NCBI RefSeq assembly: GCF_003611605.1 | Contig: NZ_RAVX01000011.1 | Span: forward strand, 132,811 to 196,810 | Source: Corallococcus sp. AB011P | GTDB taxonomy: Bacteria > Myxococcota > Myxococcia > Myxococcales > Myxococcaceae | DNA length: 64,000 nt | Reading direction: 5' to 3' | Shown here: positions 17,814-27,462 of the stretch, one piece after another | Layout of the letters: every line of letters begins with the position of its first letter | Position numbering within the stretch: the stretch's first letter is position 1 | The notes under the pieces: model-generated | Database searches by the model: none | Told to the model about the DNA's origin: nothing | The model's input: only the letters and a program-made list of their open reading frames with translations | Made by a program: the position numbers and the translations under genes

Positions 17814-20498
17814 TCACCGGGCGCGGAGGAACGCCTTGATGCTCGGGGACTGGAGCTTCTGGGACTCGATGCACAGCCGGATGGACTCCAGGGCCCGGGT
17901 CAGCGCGCGCGGACCACCTTCGATCTTGTCCACGCGGGGCGAGAGGAACGTCTCCACCTGCGCCAGGTGGATGTCATCGCAGAGGCTCCCCGTCTGACCA
18001 ATCAGCCGGCCCAGCTCATCCGAGCGCAGCCGCTGGGTCAGCGCATCGAAGTGCGTCTGGTAGAAGTTCCACGCCAGCGCCTGCGACTCCGGCGACATCA
18101 ACGCCATCCGGAGGATGACCTGCGAGTCCCGCACATCGAATTCCGGCGACACCACGAGCCCCAGCGCCCGCCACAGCAGGTCCGGGTTCCGGAAGTAGGC
18201 CAGCGACATCAGCAGCCGGGAACGCTCGGTGCGGTCCTGTTCCTTCTTCGCCGCCTCCAGTAGCGCGTCGAACAGCGCCGCATCGCCGTGCGTCGCGGCT
18301 CGGGGCAGCGCGGAACTGAACGCCTCCGGGTCCACCGACTTGCGGTCCGCCAGCCATGCGCGCACCAGGGGCAGCGCCTCCTTCACCAGTTGGGGGTCAT
18401 CCCCCAGGCCTCCGGCCAGCCGGAGGAACAGGGAGCGCGAGCCCTTCACGGAGTCGTCCTCGCCCGGCTTCGGCACCCAGCCCATGGCTCGCGCGCGCGC
18501 CGAGTAGAGCGATGCCACCCACGCGCGGAAGCGCTGGCGTTCCTCACGCGTGAGCCGATCCAGGCGCACGAACTCCAGCAGCGAGGCGCCGCTCTGCACC
18601 ACGAGCCGGTTCGTCGACTTCGCGGAGGCAGGCACCGCCTTCAGCGCCTCACCCAGCGACAGGTCGCCCCGGTTCACCGCCGCATTCACATCCGCCCAGA
18701 GCGCCACCTGCTCCGCGGGAGTGAAGGCAGCGACCGGAGTCGCGAGCAGCTTCGTCAACTGCTCGCGGGTGTAACCGCCGCGGTAGTAACCCGTGCCGCC
18801 CGCGTTGAGCAGCACCCACGCCGGGCACTGCTTCGTGGGCAACGCGACCTCCGCGGACGGTCCTTGCAACATCGAGCACACCCGCGACGACTGCGTGCCC
18901 GTGCCCACGCGAAGACACACGGGCACCTGCCATTCCTGCCGCGCGTCCGCCTTGGACCCCACGGGCAGGTACCGCTCCTGCGACAACTTCACGGACGGAG
19001 CGCCGCCCGCCGGGCATGAAAGCTGCGCGGTGATCCGAGGCGCCCCGCTCCGCTCGATGAACCCGCCGAAGGACCGCGCCACCTCCGGCCCCGCTGCCTG
19101 GGACAGGTCCGCGAGGAAGTCCTCCAGGGTCGCGACCTTCCAGGCGTGCTTGCGGACATAGCCCCGGAGGATGTCGCGGAAGCGCTCCGGCCCCAGCCAG
19201 GCCTCGTACATGGCGATGACGGACGAGCCCTTGTCATACGTCGTCCCGTTGTCGAACGAGCCCACGATGTCGTCATTGCTCTCCACCGGCTTGCGCACGG
19301 GCAGCGCCGACGCCAGCTCATCCGACGCCAGCGCGGACTGCGTCGCGGACATCGCGCGCTCCTGCTGGAAGTCCCAGGACGGCTCCAGCCGGTCCACCGT
19401 CTGCCGGTCCAACCACGCGGTGAAGGACTCGTTCAGCCAGATGTCGTTCCACCAGGAGCAGGTGACGACGTCTCCGAACCAGTAGTGCCCCAGCTCATGG
19501 TTGGCGATGACCGCATACGACTTGCGGCGGACCAGCGTCTCCTCGCCGGGCGGAATGAGCGTGAGCGGCTGCCCGAGCGCGACGATGCCCGGATGCTCCA
19601 TGGTGCCCCAGTACCGGGGCACGACCGCGACATCGAGCTTCTCGTACGGATACGGCTGGTCGAAGAAGTCCTCCAGGCCCTTCACGATGCGAGGCGTGAT
19701 GCTCGCGGCGTAGCGCGTCTCCGCGCCCCGGCCCTTGGGGACGACGAAGCGCAGCGGCACGTTCGTGCGGCCCACGGTGCCGGCCTCCACCACGTCGAAC
19801 GGCCCCACCATGAAGGCCACGAGGTAGCTGGGCATCGGCTTGCTCTCCGCGAAGGTGACGCGCTCCAGTCCGTCCGGCAGAGGCTCGCGCGACACGACGG
19901 GATGATTGGCCAGCGCCACGTGTCCGGCCTTCACGGTGAAGCGCAGGCGCCACGGCACCTTGAAGGTCGGCTCGTCGAAGCACGGGAAGGCGCGGCGCGC
20001 GTCGATGGGCTCGAAGAACGTGTAGAGGTAGGGCTCACCGCCCTCCTCCACTCCGTAGAGGCCCTGGCTGCGCTCGCGGTCCACCTTGCCGGTGAAGTCC
20101 AGCAGGAGCTGCGCCTTGCCCACCGGCAGCTCCTCCGGCAGCAGCAATCCCAGACGTCCTTCAGGCGCGGTGACAGGCTTCGCGTCGAACGTGCGGCTCC
20201 CCACGGTGACGCGAGCCCGCGACACCTCCAGGTCCTGAGCATGCAGCCACACCTGGCGCACGGGCTCGCGGACCTCCACGTCGATGGTGACGCTGCCCGG
20301 GTACGTGTCCTCCGAGGGCACGAGCTTCAGGTCCAACGCGTAGTGCACGGGCCGCACGGTGTCCGGCAACCGCAGCGCGGGAGGCAGGGCCTCCGGCCAC
20401 GAAACAGCGGGCGGCGCGGAGGCAGGTGGCGCGGCCTCTGGCGCGTGGGCACAGCGGACGGTCAACACCACCAGGGCGAGGAGTGGGAGCAGTCGCAT
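17814..20498 (-). CDS. Secreted M1-family aminopeptidase N
   Basis: HELGHYWFGD...E zinc motif, WGTMEHPG (GAMEN-like), ERAP1-like C-terminus. Start taken at MRLLPLLALVV (signal peptide). The ORF extends to 20582. Confidence 0.8.
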   Translation of the reverse strand: MRLLPLLALVVLTVRCAHAPEAAPPASAPPAVSWPEALPPALRLPDTVRPVHYALDLKLVPSEDTYPGSVTIDVEVREPVRQVWLHAQDLEVSRARVTVGSRTFDAKPVTAPEGRLGLLLPEELPVGKAQLLLDFTGKVDRERSQGLYGVEEGGEPYLYTFFEPIDARRAFPCFDEPTFKVPWRLRFTVKAGHVALANHPVVSREPLPDGLERVTFAESKPMPSYLVAFMVGPFDVVEAGTVGRTNVPLRFVVPKGRGAETRYAASITPRIVKGLEDFFDQPYPYEKLDVAVVPRYWGTMEHPGIVALGQPLTLIPPGEETLVRRKSYAVIANHELGHYWFGDVVTCSWWNDIWLNESFTAWLDRQTVDRLEPSWDFQQERAMSATQSALASDELASALPVRKPVESNDDIVGSFDNGTTYDKGSSVIAMYEAWLGPERFRDILRGYVRKHAWKVATLEDFLADLSQAAGPEVARSFGGFIERSGAPRITAQLSCPAGGAPSVKLSQERYLPVGSKADARQEWQVPVCLRVGTGTQSSRVCSMLQGPSAEVALPTKQCPAWVLLNAGGTGYYRGGYTREQLTKLLATPVAAFTPAEQVALWADVNAAVNRGDLSLGEALKAVPASAKSTNRLVVQSGASLLEFVRLDRLTREERQRFRAWVASLYSARARAMGWVPKPGEDDSVKGSRSLFLRLAGGLGDDPQLVKEALPLVRAWLADRKSVDPEAFSSALPRAATHGDAALFDALLEAAKKEQDRTERSRLLMSLAYFRNPDLLWRALGLVVSPEFDVRDSQVILRMALMSPESQALAWNFYQTHFDALTQRLRSDELGRLIGQTGSLCDDIHLAQVETFLSPRVDKIEGGPRALTRALESIRLCIESQKLQSPSIKAFLRAR

Positions 20499-20661
20499 GG
20501 GGGCGCAGCGTAGACCATGCGCGAGTCGCGCACCGTGCCTACGTCTCGACCCGCACCCACAGCAGTCTTGAGATGTCTCCAAGTCCGTGAATCAGTGCTT
20601 TCAACCCAGCGAGCCGCTACGGTCCGGATCCCCCCGCTTCAGCTACAATCCGAGGAAAAAC

Positions 20662-21297
20662 ATGTTTCGTCGCAGCAGCGGTCTCCCCTCCCTCTTTGTG
20701 TCCCTGCTTTTCGTCGTGGGCTTCGCATCGTCGGCCAGCGCTGACACCTACCAGACCTACGTGGTGCCCACGGTCAATGGCTTTCAGATTGGCACCTTCC
20801 TTCCCAACCAGCCCACCGGGAACTTCAGCAGCGCCGCGGACACCGCCCGCCGCTTCTGTCAGGACCAGGGCCACACCGGCGCGCAAAGCTTCACCACCGC
20901 CATCCGCAGCTCCTCGTACACGTACATCGTTGGCACGAATGGCGTGGGCGCCTGGAACACCACCGGCAACGCCAACGTGACCATGCTGGAGAGCATCACC
21001 TGCGTCACCTCCACTTCCACCTCCCCCTCGGACGTCACGTACACGACGCCGAAGGTCAACGGCTACCAGATCGGCACCATCCAGCCCAACTACCCGTCCG
21101 GCAACTTCAGCACGCCGGCGGATACCGCCCGCCGCTTCTGCCAGGACCTGGGCCACGTCAACGTGCGCAGCTTCACCACCTCCATCCGCGGCTCCGCCTA
21201 CACGTACATCGTGGGCACGAACGGCGTGGGCAACTGGAACACCACCGGCAACGCCAACGTGACCATGCTCGAAACCGTCACCTGCATCACCTGGTAG
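20662..21297 (+). CDS. Secreted protein made of two tandem about 95-aa repeats (unknown family)
   Basis: RBS GAGGAAAAAC before the ATG, signal peptide, two about 60%-identical internal repeats (TYQTYVVPTVNGFQIGT...ARRFCQD.GH...IVGTNGVG.WNTTGNANVTMLE..TC). GC lower locally. Confidence 0.65.
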   Translation: MFRRSSGLPSLFVSLLFVVGFASSASADTYQTYVVPTVNGFQIGTFLPNQPTGNFSSAADTARRFCQDQGHTGAQSFTTAIRSSSYTYIVGTNGVGAWNTTGNANVTMLESITCVTSTSTSPSDVTYTTPKVNGYQIGTIQPNYPSGNFSTPADTARRFCQDLGHVNVRSFTTSIRGSAYTYIVGTNGVGNWNTTGNANVTMLETVTCITW

Positions 21298-21315
21298 CAA
21301 CCCCCGCATGGATGA

Positions 21316-21336
21316 GGGGAGCCCACGCGGCTCCCC
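21316..21336 (+). terminator. Candidate stem-loop GGGGAGCC-cacgc-GGCTCCCC downstream of the repeat-protein gene
   Basis: Perfect 8-bp stem, 5-nt loop, 19 nt after the stop. No U-tract. Confidence 0.3.
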
Positions 21337-21460
21337 TCCGCCGGGTATTCATAGACCCTGATCGGGTTTGGACAGACACCTCAAAATCTCACAACATGTC
21401 TGTCTTCATGTTTTCAACCTGATAGATCGCCCTTTCCTCTCGCTGCGCCAGGAAGGTGCG

Positions 21461-23806
21461 ATGCGTCGACAAGGCACACTGTCTCGGGTTTTGTTTTGCG
21501 CTTTAATCAGCGCTGTCATCTCTGTCACGGCTTGTGACAACGGCAGCGAACCGGAGCGGGAGACCGGCAACGTCCGGTTCGTCAGCGCGGTTCCCCAGGC
21601 GCTCGCGGGCGATGAGGTCACCCGCGTGACCGTCACGCTGACGGCTTCCGGCGTGCCTTCCGCCACCACCGTGCTCACCAAGGGCACGGAGGGCTGGAGC
21701 GGCACCATGTACCAGGTGCCCGCTGGCACCCAGCGCACCTTCACCGCGGAGGCCTTCGCCGCGGACGGCGCTCTTCGCTACCGGGGCGTGGCCTCGGATG
21801 TCACCATCACCGCGGGCGCCACCTCCATCGTGGCCATCACCCTCCAGGCGCTGGATGTCCCGGGCCCCTTCGACAACTCGGCCCCGTGCATCGATTCGCT
21901 CGTGGCTTCGGCGAGCACCGTCCTCCCGGGGGGCACGATCTCCCTCCAGGCCACCGCGCATGATCCGGATGCGTCCGACTCCATCACGTATGCCTGGACG
22001 GCGGCGGATGGCACCTTCGGTTCACCCACGCTCACGTCGACGGCCTGGACGGCTCCCGCGACCCCGGGCGTGTACGCGCTGACGCTGACCGTCACGGACT
22101 CGCGCGGCGCCACGGCGACCATCCGTATCGACATCACCGTCATCTCCAAGGACGGCGGCACCACGGCCGGCACCGCGGAAGTGTCCGTGACGTTCAACAT
22201 CTCCCCCGCCGTCACCCGCGTCACCGCGTCCCGCTCCCCCGTTCCCGTGGGCCAGAGCACCACCGTCACCGCGGACGTGACGGATCCGGACGGCGACGCG
22301 CTGACCTACCAGTGGGCCGCGTCCTGCGCGGGCACCTGGACGGATGACACCTCCACCATCGCCTCCTTCACCCCGACCGCCGTTCCCGCTGGCGACTCCT
22401 GCGGCAACTGCGCGCTCACCGTCACCGTGAAGGACCCGAAGGGCGGACAGACGCAGGGCACCCTGCGCATCTGCGTGGGCGACGGCGCGAGCGCCAACGT
22501 TCCCCCGCGCATCGTCCTCGCGCACCAGAGCAGCGCGTCCGTGGTGGGCGACAGCACCGTGACGTTCCGCGTCCTCGCCGAGGACGGCAACGGTGGCGCC
22601 CTCACCTTCAACTGGGCCTCGAGCACCGGCTCGCTGGCGACGCCCGTGTCCGGGTTCACCTCCAGCGAGATCTCCTGGAAGGCCCCCACCTGCGCGCCCA
22701 CGGGCGGGATCGCGACCGTCACCGCCACCGTCACCAACGCGCAGGGCTTCTCCGCGTCCCAGGCCTTCACCGTGGCGGTGCAGAACGCCCCCGCGTGCAC
22801 GCCGCCCACGACGGTCGCGCGGTGGGACCTCACGGCCAGCCTGACGCAGCGCCGCTTCAACGCGAGCCTCATCCCCCTGCCCTCCGGGAAGATCCTCGTC
22901 TTCGGCGGGACGGTGACCTCCAACCCCATCCTGGGCACCGCGGAGCTCTACGATCCCGCGGAGGCCACCTGGTCCTCCGCCGGGACGATGGGCACCTCGC
23001 ACTACAACCCCGCGGTGACGCTGCTGCCCTCCGGCAAGGTCATGGTCACGGGCGGCTTCGCGGCGTACCCGGCCACCACCCCGCTGCGCTCCGTGGAGTT
23101 CTACGACCCCGCGACCAACACCTGGACGGCCGGCCCGCAGATGGCCTACGCGCGCGGAGCCCACACCACGACCCTGCTGCCCTCCGGCAAGGTCCTGGCC
23201 GTCGGCGGCGTCAATTCCGGCGACAGCGTCAGCAACCGCGTCGTGGAGCTCTACGACCCCGCCACGAACAGCTGGGTACCGGTCGCGAGCCCGACTCACC
23301 CCCGGTCGAGCCACCGCGCGGTGCTGCTGCCCTCGGGCAAGGTGCTCGTCCTGGGCAGTAGCTTGCCGGCGGAGATCTACGATCCGTCCAACAATACCTG
23401 GAGCATCGCCACCGGCCTGACGACGCGGACCTTCACGGACGCATTCCTCCAGCCGTCTGGCAAGGTCGTCCTGGTGGACGGGACGCTGGTCGCGACGTAC
23501 GACCCGGTGCGCAACGAACAGGCCACGCTGGGACACTTCACCTACGAGCGCCCCAACTCCTCCCTGGTCCAGCTGAACTCCGGCAAGCTGCTGCTCGCGG
23601 GCGGAAATTCCACGTTGGGCCTGACGACGGAAGTCTTCGACCTGGCGACGGGCACTTCCGCGTTCTCCACCAGCATGGCGTCCAACCGCTACTCCATGGC
23701 CGCCACCGTGCTGCCCAACGGCAAGGTGCTCTTCATCGGCGGTTGGGACCGGGACACCCCTGGGAGCGTCAGCGCCGTGCTCGTCTACACGCCCGCGAGC
23801 CCCTGA
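21461..23806 (+). CDS. Lipoprotein with three PKD/Ig-like domains and a C-terminal Kelch-type beta-propeller
   Basis: Lipobox VTAC. PKD-like repeats (DPD.SD.ITY.W...G..YALTLTVTD). Repeated Kelch blades (LPSGKVLV.GG...ELYDP..NTW). Confidence 0.7.
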   Translation: MRRQGTLSRVLFCALISAVISVTACDNGSEPERETGNVRFVSAVPQALAGDEVTRVTVTLTASGVPSATTVLTKGTEGWSGTMYQVPAGTQRTFTAEAFAADGALRYRGVASDVTITAGATSIVAITLQALDVPGPFDNSAPCIDSLVASASTVLPGGTISLQATAHDPDASDSITYAWTAADGTFGSPTLTSTAWTAPATPGVYALTLTVTDSRGATATIRIDITVISKDGGTTAGTAEVSVTFNISPAVTRVTASRSPVPVGQSTTVTADVTDPDGDALTYQWAASCAGTWTDDTSTIASFTPTAVPAGDSCGNCALTVTVKDPKGGQTQGTLRICVGDGASANVPPRIVLAHQSSASVVGDSTVTFRVLAEDGNGGALTFNWASSTGSLATPVSGFTSSEISWKAPTCAPTGGIATVTATVTNAQGFSASQAFTVAVQNAPACTPPTTVARWDLTASLTQRRFNASLIPLPSGKILVFGGTVTSNPILGTAELYDPAEATWSSAGTMGTSHYNPAVTLLPSGKVMVTGGFAAYPATTPLRSVEFYDPATNTWTAGPQMAYARGAHTTTLLPSGKVLAVGGVNSGDSVSNRVVELYDPATNSWVPVASPTHPRSSHRAVLLPSGKVLVLGSSLPAEIYDPSNNTWSIATGLTTRTFTDAFLQPSGKVVLVDGTLVATYDPVRNEQATLGHFTYERPNSSLVQLNSGKLLLAGGNSTLGLTTEVFDLATGTSAFSTSMASNRYSMAATVLPNGKVLFIGGWDRDTPGSVSAVLVYTPASP

Positions 23807-23913
23807 TGTCCACCTGAAAGACCGCTGAAGCTCTGTCGACGAGCGGCCGGTCCCACCCGGGTCCGGCCGCTCCGGGCATTGCGGCGCCCCGCGTTTGAGC
23901 GAGGATGCGGCCC

Positions 23914-24735
23914 ATGTCCAACCTCCAAGGCAAGACCCTCTTCATCACCGGCGCCAGCCGCGGCATCGGCAAGGCCATCGCGCTGCGCGCGGCCCGTGAC
24001 GGCGCCAACATCGTCATCGCGGCGAAGACCACGGACCCGCACCCCAAGCTGCCCGGCACCATCTACTCGGCGGCGAAGGAGATTGAAGAGGCCGGCGGCA
24101 AGGCGCTCCCCTGCGTGGTGGACATCCGCGACGAGGCGCAGATCCACGCCGCCGTCGCCAAGGCCGTGGAGACCTTCGGCGGCATCGACATCCTGGTGAA
24201 CAACGCCAGCGCCATCAGCCTCACCGGCACGCTGGACACGCCGCTCAAGCGCTTCGACCTGATGCACGGCATCAACACGCGCGGCACCTTCGCGTGCTCG
24301 CAGGCGTGCATCCCGTACCTCAAGAAGTCCTCCAACCCGCACATCCTCAACAACTCGCCGCCGCTCAACATGGAGCCGCGCTGGTTCGGCCCGCACGTGG
24401 CCTACACCATCGCGAAGTACGGCATGAGCCTGTGCGCGCTGGGCATGGCCGAGGAGCTCAAGGACGACGGCATCGCCGTCAACACGCTGTGGCCCCGCAC
24501 CGTCATCGCCACCGCCGCCGTGCAGAACCTGCTGGGCGGTGACGACACCATCAAGGGCAGCCGCAAGCCGGAGATCATGGCGGACGCCGCCTACACCATC
24601 CTCACGAAGCCCAGCCGCTCCTTCACCGGCAACTTCTGCATCGACGATGAAGTGCTGCGCGCCGCCGGCATCACCGACCTGGACAAGTATCAGTCCGTCC
24701 CCGGCGCGGAGCTCTTGCCCGACTTCTTCCTCTAG
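23914..24735 (+). CDS. Short-chain dehydrogenase/reductase (SDR)
   Basis: TGASRGIG Rossmann motif, NNAS, YxxxK region. Alternative ATG at 23905. Confidence 0.8.
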   Translation: MSNLQGKTLFITGASRGIGKAIALRAARDGANIVIAAKTTDPHPKLPGTIYSAAKEIEEAGGKALPCVVDIRDEAQIHAAVAKAVETFGGIDILVNNASAISLTGTLDTPLKRFDLMHGINTRGTFACSQACIPYLKKSSNPHILNNSPPLNMEPRWFGPHVAYTIAKYGMSLCALGMAEELKDDGIAVNTLWPRTVIATAAVQNLLGGDDTIKGSRKPEIMADAAYTILTKPSRSFTGNFCIDDEVLRAAGITDLDKYQSVPGAELLPDFFL

Positions 24736-24749
24736 CGCGCCGCGGCCCC

Positions 24750-25670
24750 ATGCCCCCGCGCAAGCTCCAGCGACACCTGGTCTGGCTCGAGTCCTTCACC
24801 GCCGCCGTGGAGGCCGGCAGCATCGACGCCGCCGCGGAGCACCTGGGCGTCGCCCGCTCCGTCGTGAGCGAGCACATCCGCGCCCTGGAGGAAGCGCTCG
24901 CGGATGGCGCCGCCCTGCTGGAGCGGGGGCCGGGCAGGCGCCTGCAACTGTCCGCGCGCGGAGAGCGCCTCTACGCGGGCACCCAGACGCCGCTGCACCA
25001 GCTGGACGTGAAGCGGCTGATGGACCTGGCCCGCGTGGAGCCCACCCTGCGCCTGGGCCTCAACCCCACGCTGTCCATGTCGCTGTTGGGCGGCATCGCG
25101 CAGGACGCCGCCGCCACCGACCTCAAGTTGGTGGTGGGCTTCGGCGGCTCGCACGAGCTCATGCGGCAGGTGCAGACGCGGCAGCAGGACCTGGTGCTCG
25201 ACTTCACCCCCCTGCCCCCGCACGAGGGCGTGGACACCGAGTCCCTGCTGCGCATGTCCTTCGTCGTCATCGCGGGTCCCGACTCCGCGCTCGCCCGGGA
25301 GCGCCCCTCCCGCCGCTCGATGGACGTGAAGGACCTCCAGGGCCAGCGCTTCGTGGACTGGCTGCGGGACGACCCCTACGGCGGCGCCAACAGCGCGCGC
25401 TTCGCCGCGCACGGCGTGTCCGTCACCGAGGTCGGCCGGGTGGAGAGCTTCCTCCACCTCTACGAGCTGCTGCGCGCCTACAAGGCCTGCACCATCGCCC
25501 CCGACGTGCGCCCCACCCAGCCGTTCCCCCCCGACCTCCACGTCTGGCCCCTGCGAGAACAGGAGCCCCAGGTCGTGGAGGTGGTGGCCCTGTGGCCCTC
25601 GGGCGGCCTCAGCCCCGCCGTCCAAGCCATCCTTGACGGGGTGCGTCGCCGCCTGAACAAACGGCGATAA
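24750..25670 (+). CDS. LysR-family transcriptional regulator
   Basis: N-terminal LysR HTH (LESFTAAVEAGSIDAAAEHLGVARSVVSEHIRALE) and substrate-binding domain. Confidence 0.75.
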   Translation: MPPRKLQRHLVWLESFTAAVEAGSIDAAAEHLGVARSVVSEHIRALEEALADGAALLERGPGRRLQLSARGERLYAGTQTPLHQLDVKRLMDLARVEPTLRLGLNPTLSMSLLGGIAQDAAATDLKLVVGFGGSHELMRQVQTRQQDLVLDFTPLPPHEGVDTESLLRMSFVVIAGPDSALARERPSRRSMDVKDLQGQRFVDWLRDDPYGGANSARFAAHGVSVTEVGRVESFLHLYELLRAYKACTIAPDVRPTQPFPPDLHVWPLREQEPQVVEVVALWPSGGLSPAVQAILDGVRRRLNKRR

Positions 25671-25763
25671 TCCGACGAAGACGTCGAATTCTGCCGGATT
25701 TCCGTCTTGCAGTGCGGTGCGTATTCTTCAGGAGTCCTGTTTCTCTTGAAGGAGCCGCTCGCG

Positions 25764-27359
25764 ATGACGCCCACGGAACGGACCATTGCCCGTCTTCCCG
25801 CCCACCTGCGCCGCTACGTGGTGGGCCAGGACTACGCGGCGTACACGCCCCGGGATCAGGCGGTGTGGCGGCACATCCTGGGGCAGCTGCGCGAGCACCT
25901 GAGCGACAAGGCGCACCCCGTCTACCTGGAGGGCCTGGAGGCCACGGGCATTGGCGCGGAGGCCATCCCCAGCCTGGACGAGATGAACGAGAAGCTGTCC
26001 AAGCTGGGCTGGGCCTGCGTGGCGGTGCGCGGCTTCATCCCGCCGGCCGTCTTCACGGAGCTGCAGGCGCTGGGCGTGCTGGCCATCGCGGCGGACATCC
26101 GCACGCACGAGCACATCCAGTACACGCCCGCGCCGGACATCGTCCATGAGAGCGCGGGCCACGCGCCCATCATCGCCAACGCGCGCTATGCGCAGTACCT
26201 CAAGGCCGTGGGGCTGGTGGGCTTCAAGGCCATTGCCAGCGTGGAGGACCAGGCCGTCTTCGAGGCCATCCGCAACCTGTCCGTGGTGAAGGAGGACCCC
26301 ACCGCGACGGAAGAAGAAATCGCCCACGCCCAGGCCCGCCTGGAGGCCGCCAACGCCAGCCACCGCTACATCAGCGAGAGCACGCGCGCGAGCCGCCTGT
26401 ACTGGTGGACCGCGGAGTACGGGCTGATTGGTGACCTGAAGCACCCGCGCATCTACGGCGCGGGCCTGCTGTCCAGCATCGGCGAGGCCCGGCACTGCCT
26501 GACGTCCGCCGTGCACAAGCTGCCGCTGGGCGTGGCGTGCGCGGACACGGACTACGACATCACCCGCATGCAGCCGCAGCTCTTCGTGGCGCGCGACTTT
26601 GAACACCTCTTCGAAGTCCTGGCCGAGTTCGAGTCCACGCTCGCGTGGAAGCGCGGCGGCGACCTGGGCCTGAACGAGGCGCTGCGCGCGCGCACGGTGA
26701 ACCACCTGGTGCTCGCGGACGGCCGCGAGGTGACGGGCAAGGTGGTGGAGCTGCTGCCCGCCGCGAAGGACGTGGCCCCGGGCCTGTCCACCGCGCTGGC
26801 CCGGCTGGAGGGCCCCATCCTCACGTCCGTGAACGGGCACGCCGTGGACAAGCCGTTCAGCGGCGCGGCGCTGGTCGCCTTTGGCCAGGGCACCCTGCCG
26901 GAGCGCGGGAGCTTCACGCTCACGCTCGACAGCGGGCTGGTGCTGGAGGGCTTCGCGGTAGGCGGCGGTGAGGTGATTGCCCTGCGTGGCACGCTGGCCG
27001 GCCAGGAGCTGACGCTGCCGTCCATGGCGCGCCTGTACCTGACGGAGCAGCTGCCGTCCGTGGCGGGCGGCCCCGCCGACCCGGGCACGTGGGACGAGTG
27101 GTTCGGGGAGCTGGACGCCTTCACCGCGGGCGACGGCGAGGCCCAGGCGCGCGAGCGCAAGGCGCAGGCCCTGCCCCCGTCGCTGGCCGCCCTCTACACG
27201 GAGGTGCGCCGCATCCGCGAGACGGGGCAGCTGGCCGCCGAGCGGCTGGAGCAGATCGCCCGGGCGAGCACGGACTTCCCAACCGACTGGCTCCTGCGCG
27301 CAGAGGTCGCGGAGCTGCGCGGCGAGGTGCCCGCTCGGCGCGAAGCGGCGCAAGCGTAG
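25764..27359 (+). CDS. phhA: Phenylalanine-4-hydroxylase (biopterin-dependent aromatic amino-acid hydroxylase) with an about 250-aa C-terminal extension
   Basis: Catalytic core with iron ligands (PDIVHESAGHAP, YWWTAEYGL, GAGLLSS). The bacterial enzyme is normally about 300 aa; here it is 531 aa. Confidence 0.75.
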   Translation: MTPTERTIARLPAHLRRYVVGQDYAAYTPRDQAVWRHILGQLREHLSDKAHPVYLEGLEATGIGAEAIPSLDEMNEKLSKLGWACVAVRGFIPPAVFTELQALGVLAIAADIRTHEHIQYTPAPDIVHESAGHAPIIANARYAQYLKAVGLVGFKAIASVEDQAVFEAIRNLSVVKEDPTATEEEIAHAQARLEAANASHRYISESTRASRLYWWTAEYGLIGDLKHPRIYGAGLLSSIGEARHCLTSAVHKLPLGVACADTDYDITRMQPQLFVARDFEHLFEVLAEFESTLAWKRGGDLGLNEALRARTVNHLVLADGREVTGKVVELLPAAKDVAPGLSTALARLEGPILTSVNGHAVDKPFSGAALVAFGQGTLPERGSFTLTLDSGLVLEGFAVGGGEVIALRGTLAGQELTLPSMARLYLTEQLPSVAGGPADPGTWDEWFGELDAFTAGDGEAQARERKAQALPPSLAALYTEVRRIRETGQLAAERLEQIARASTDFPTDWLLRAEVAELRGEVPARREAAQA

Positions 27360-27462
27360 GGCCGGCGCTTCGAATGACAGACGGATGACGTGCAACGGCC
27401 CGGTCGACCTCCTCACGAGGTCGCCGGGCCGAATCACTTCCAGGGGCTTTCGCCGCCGGGGA

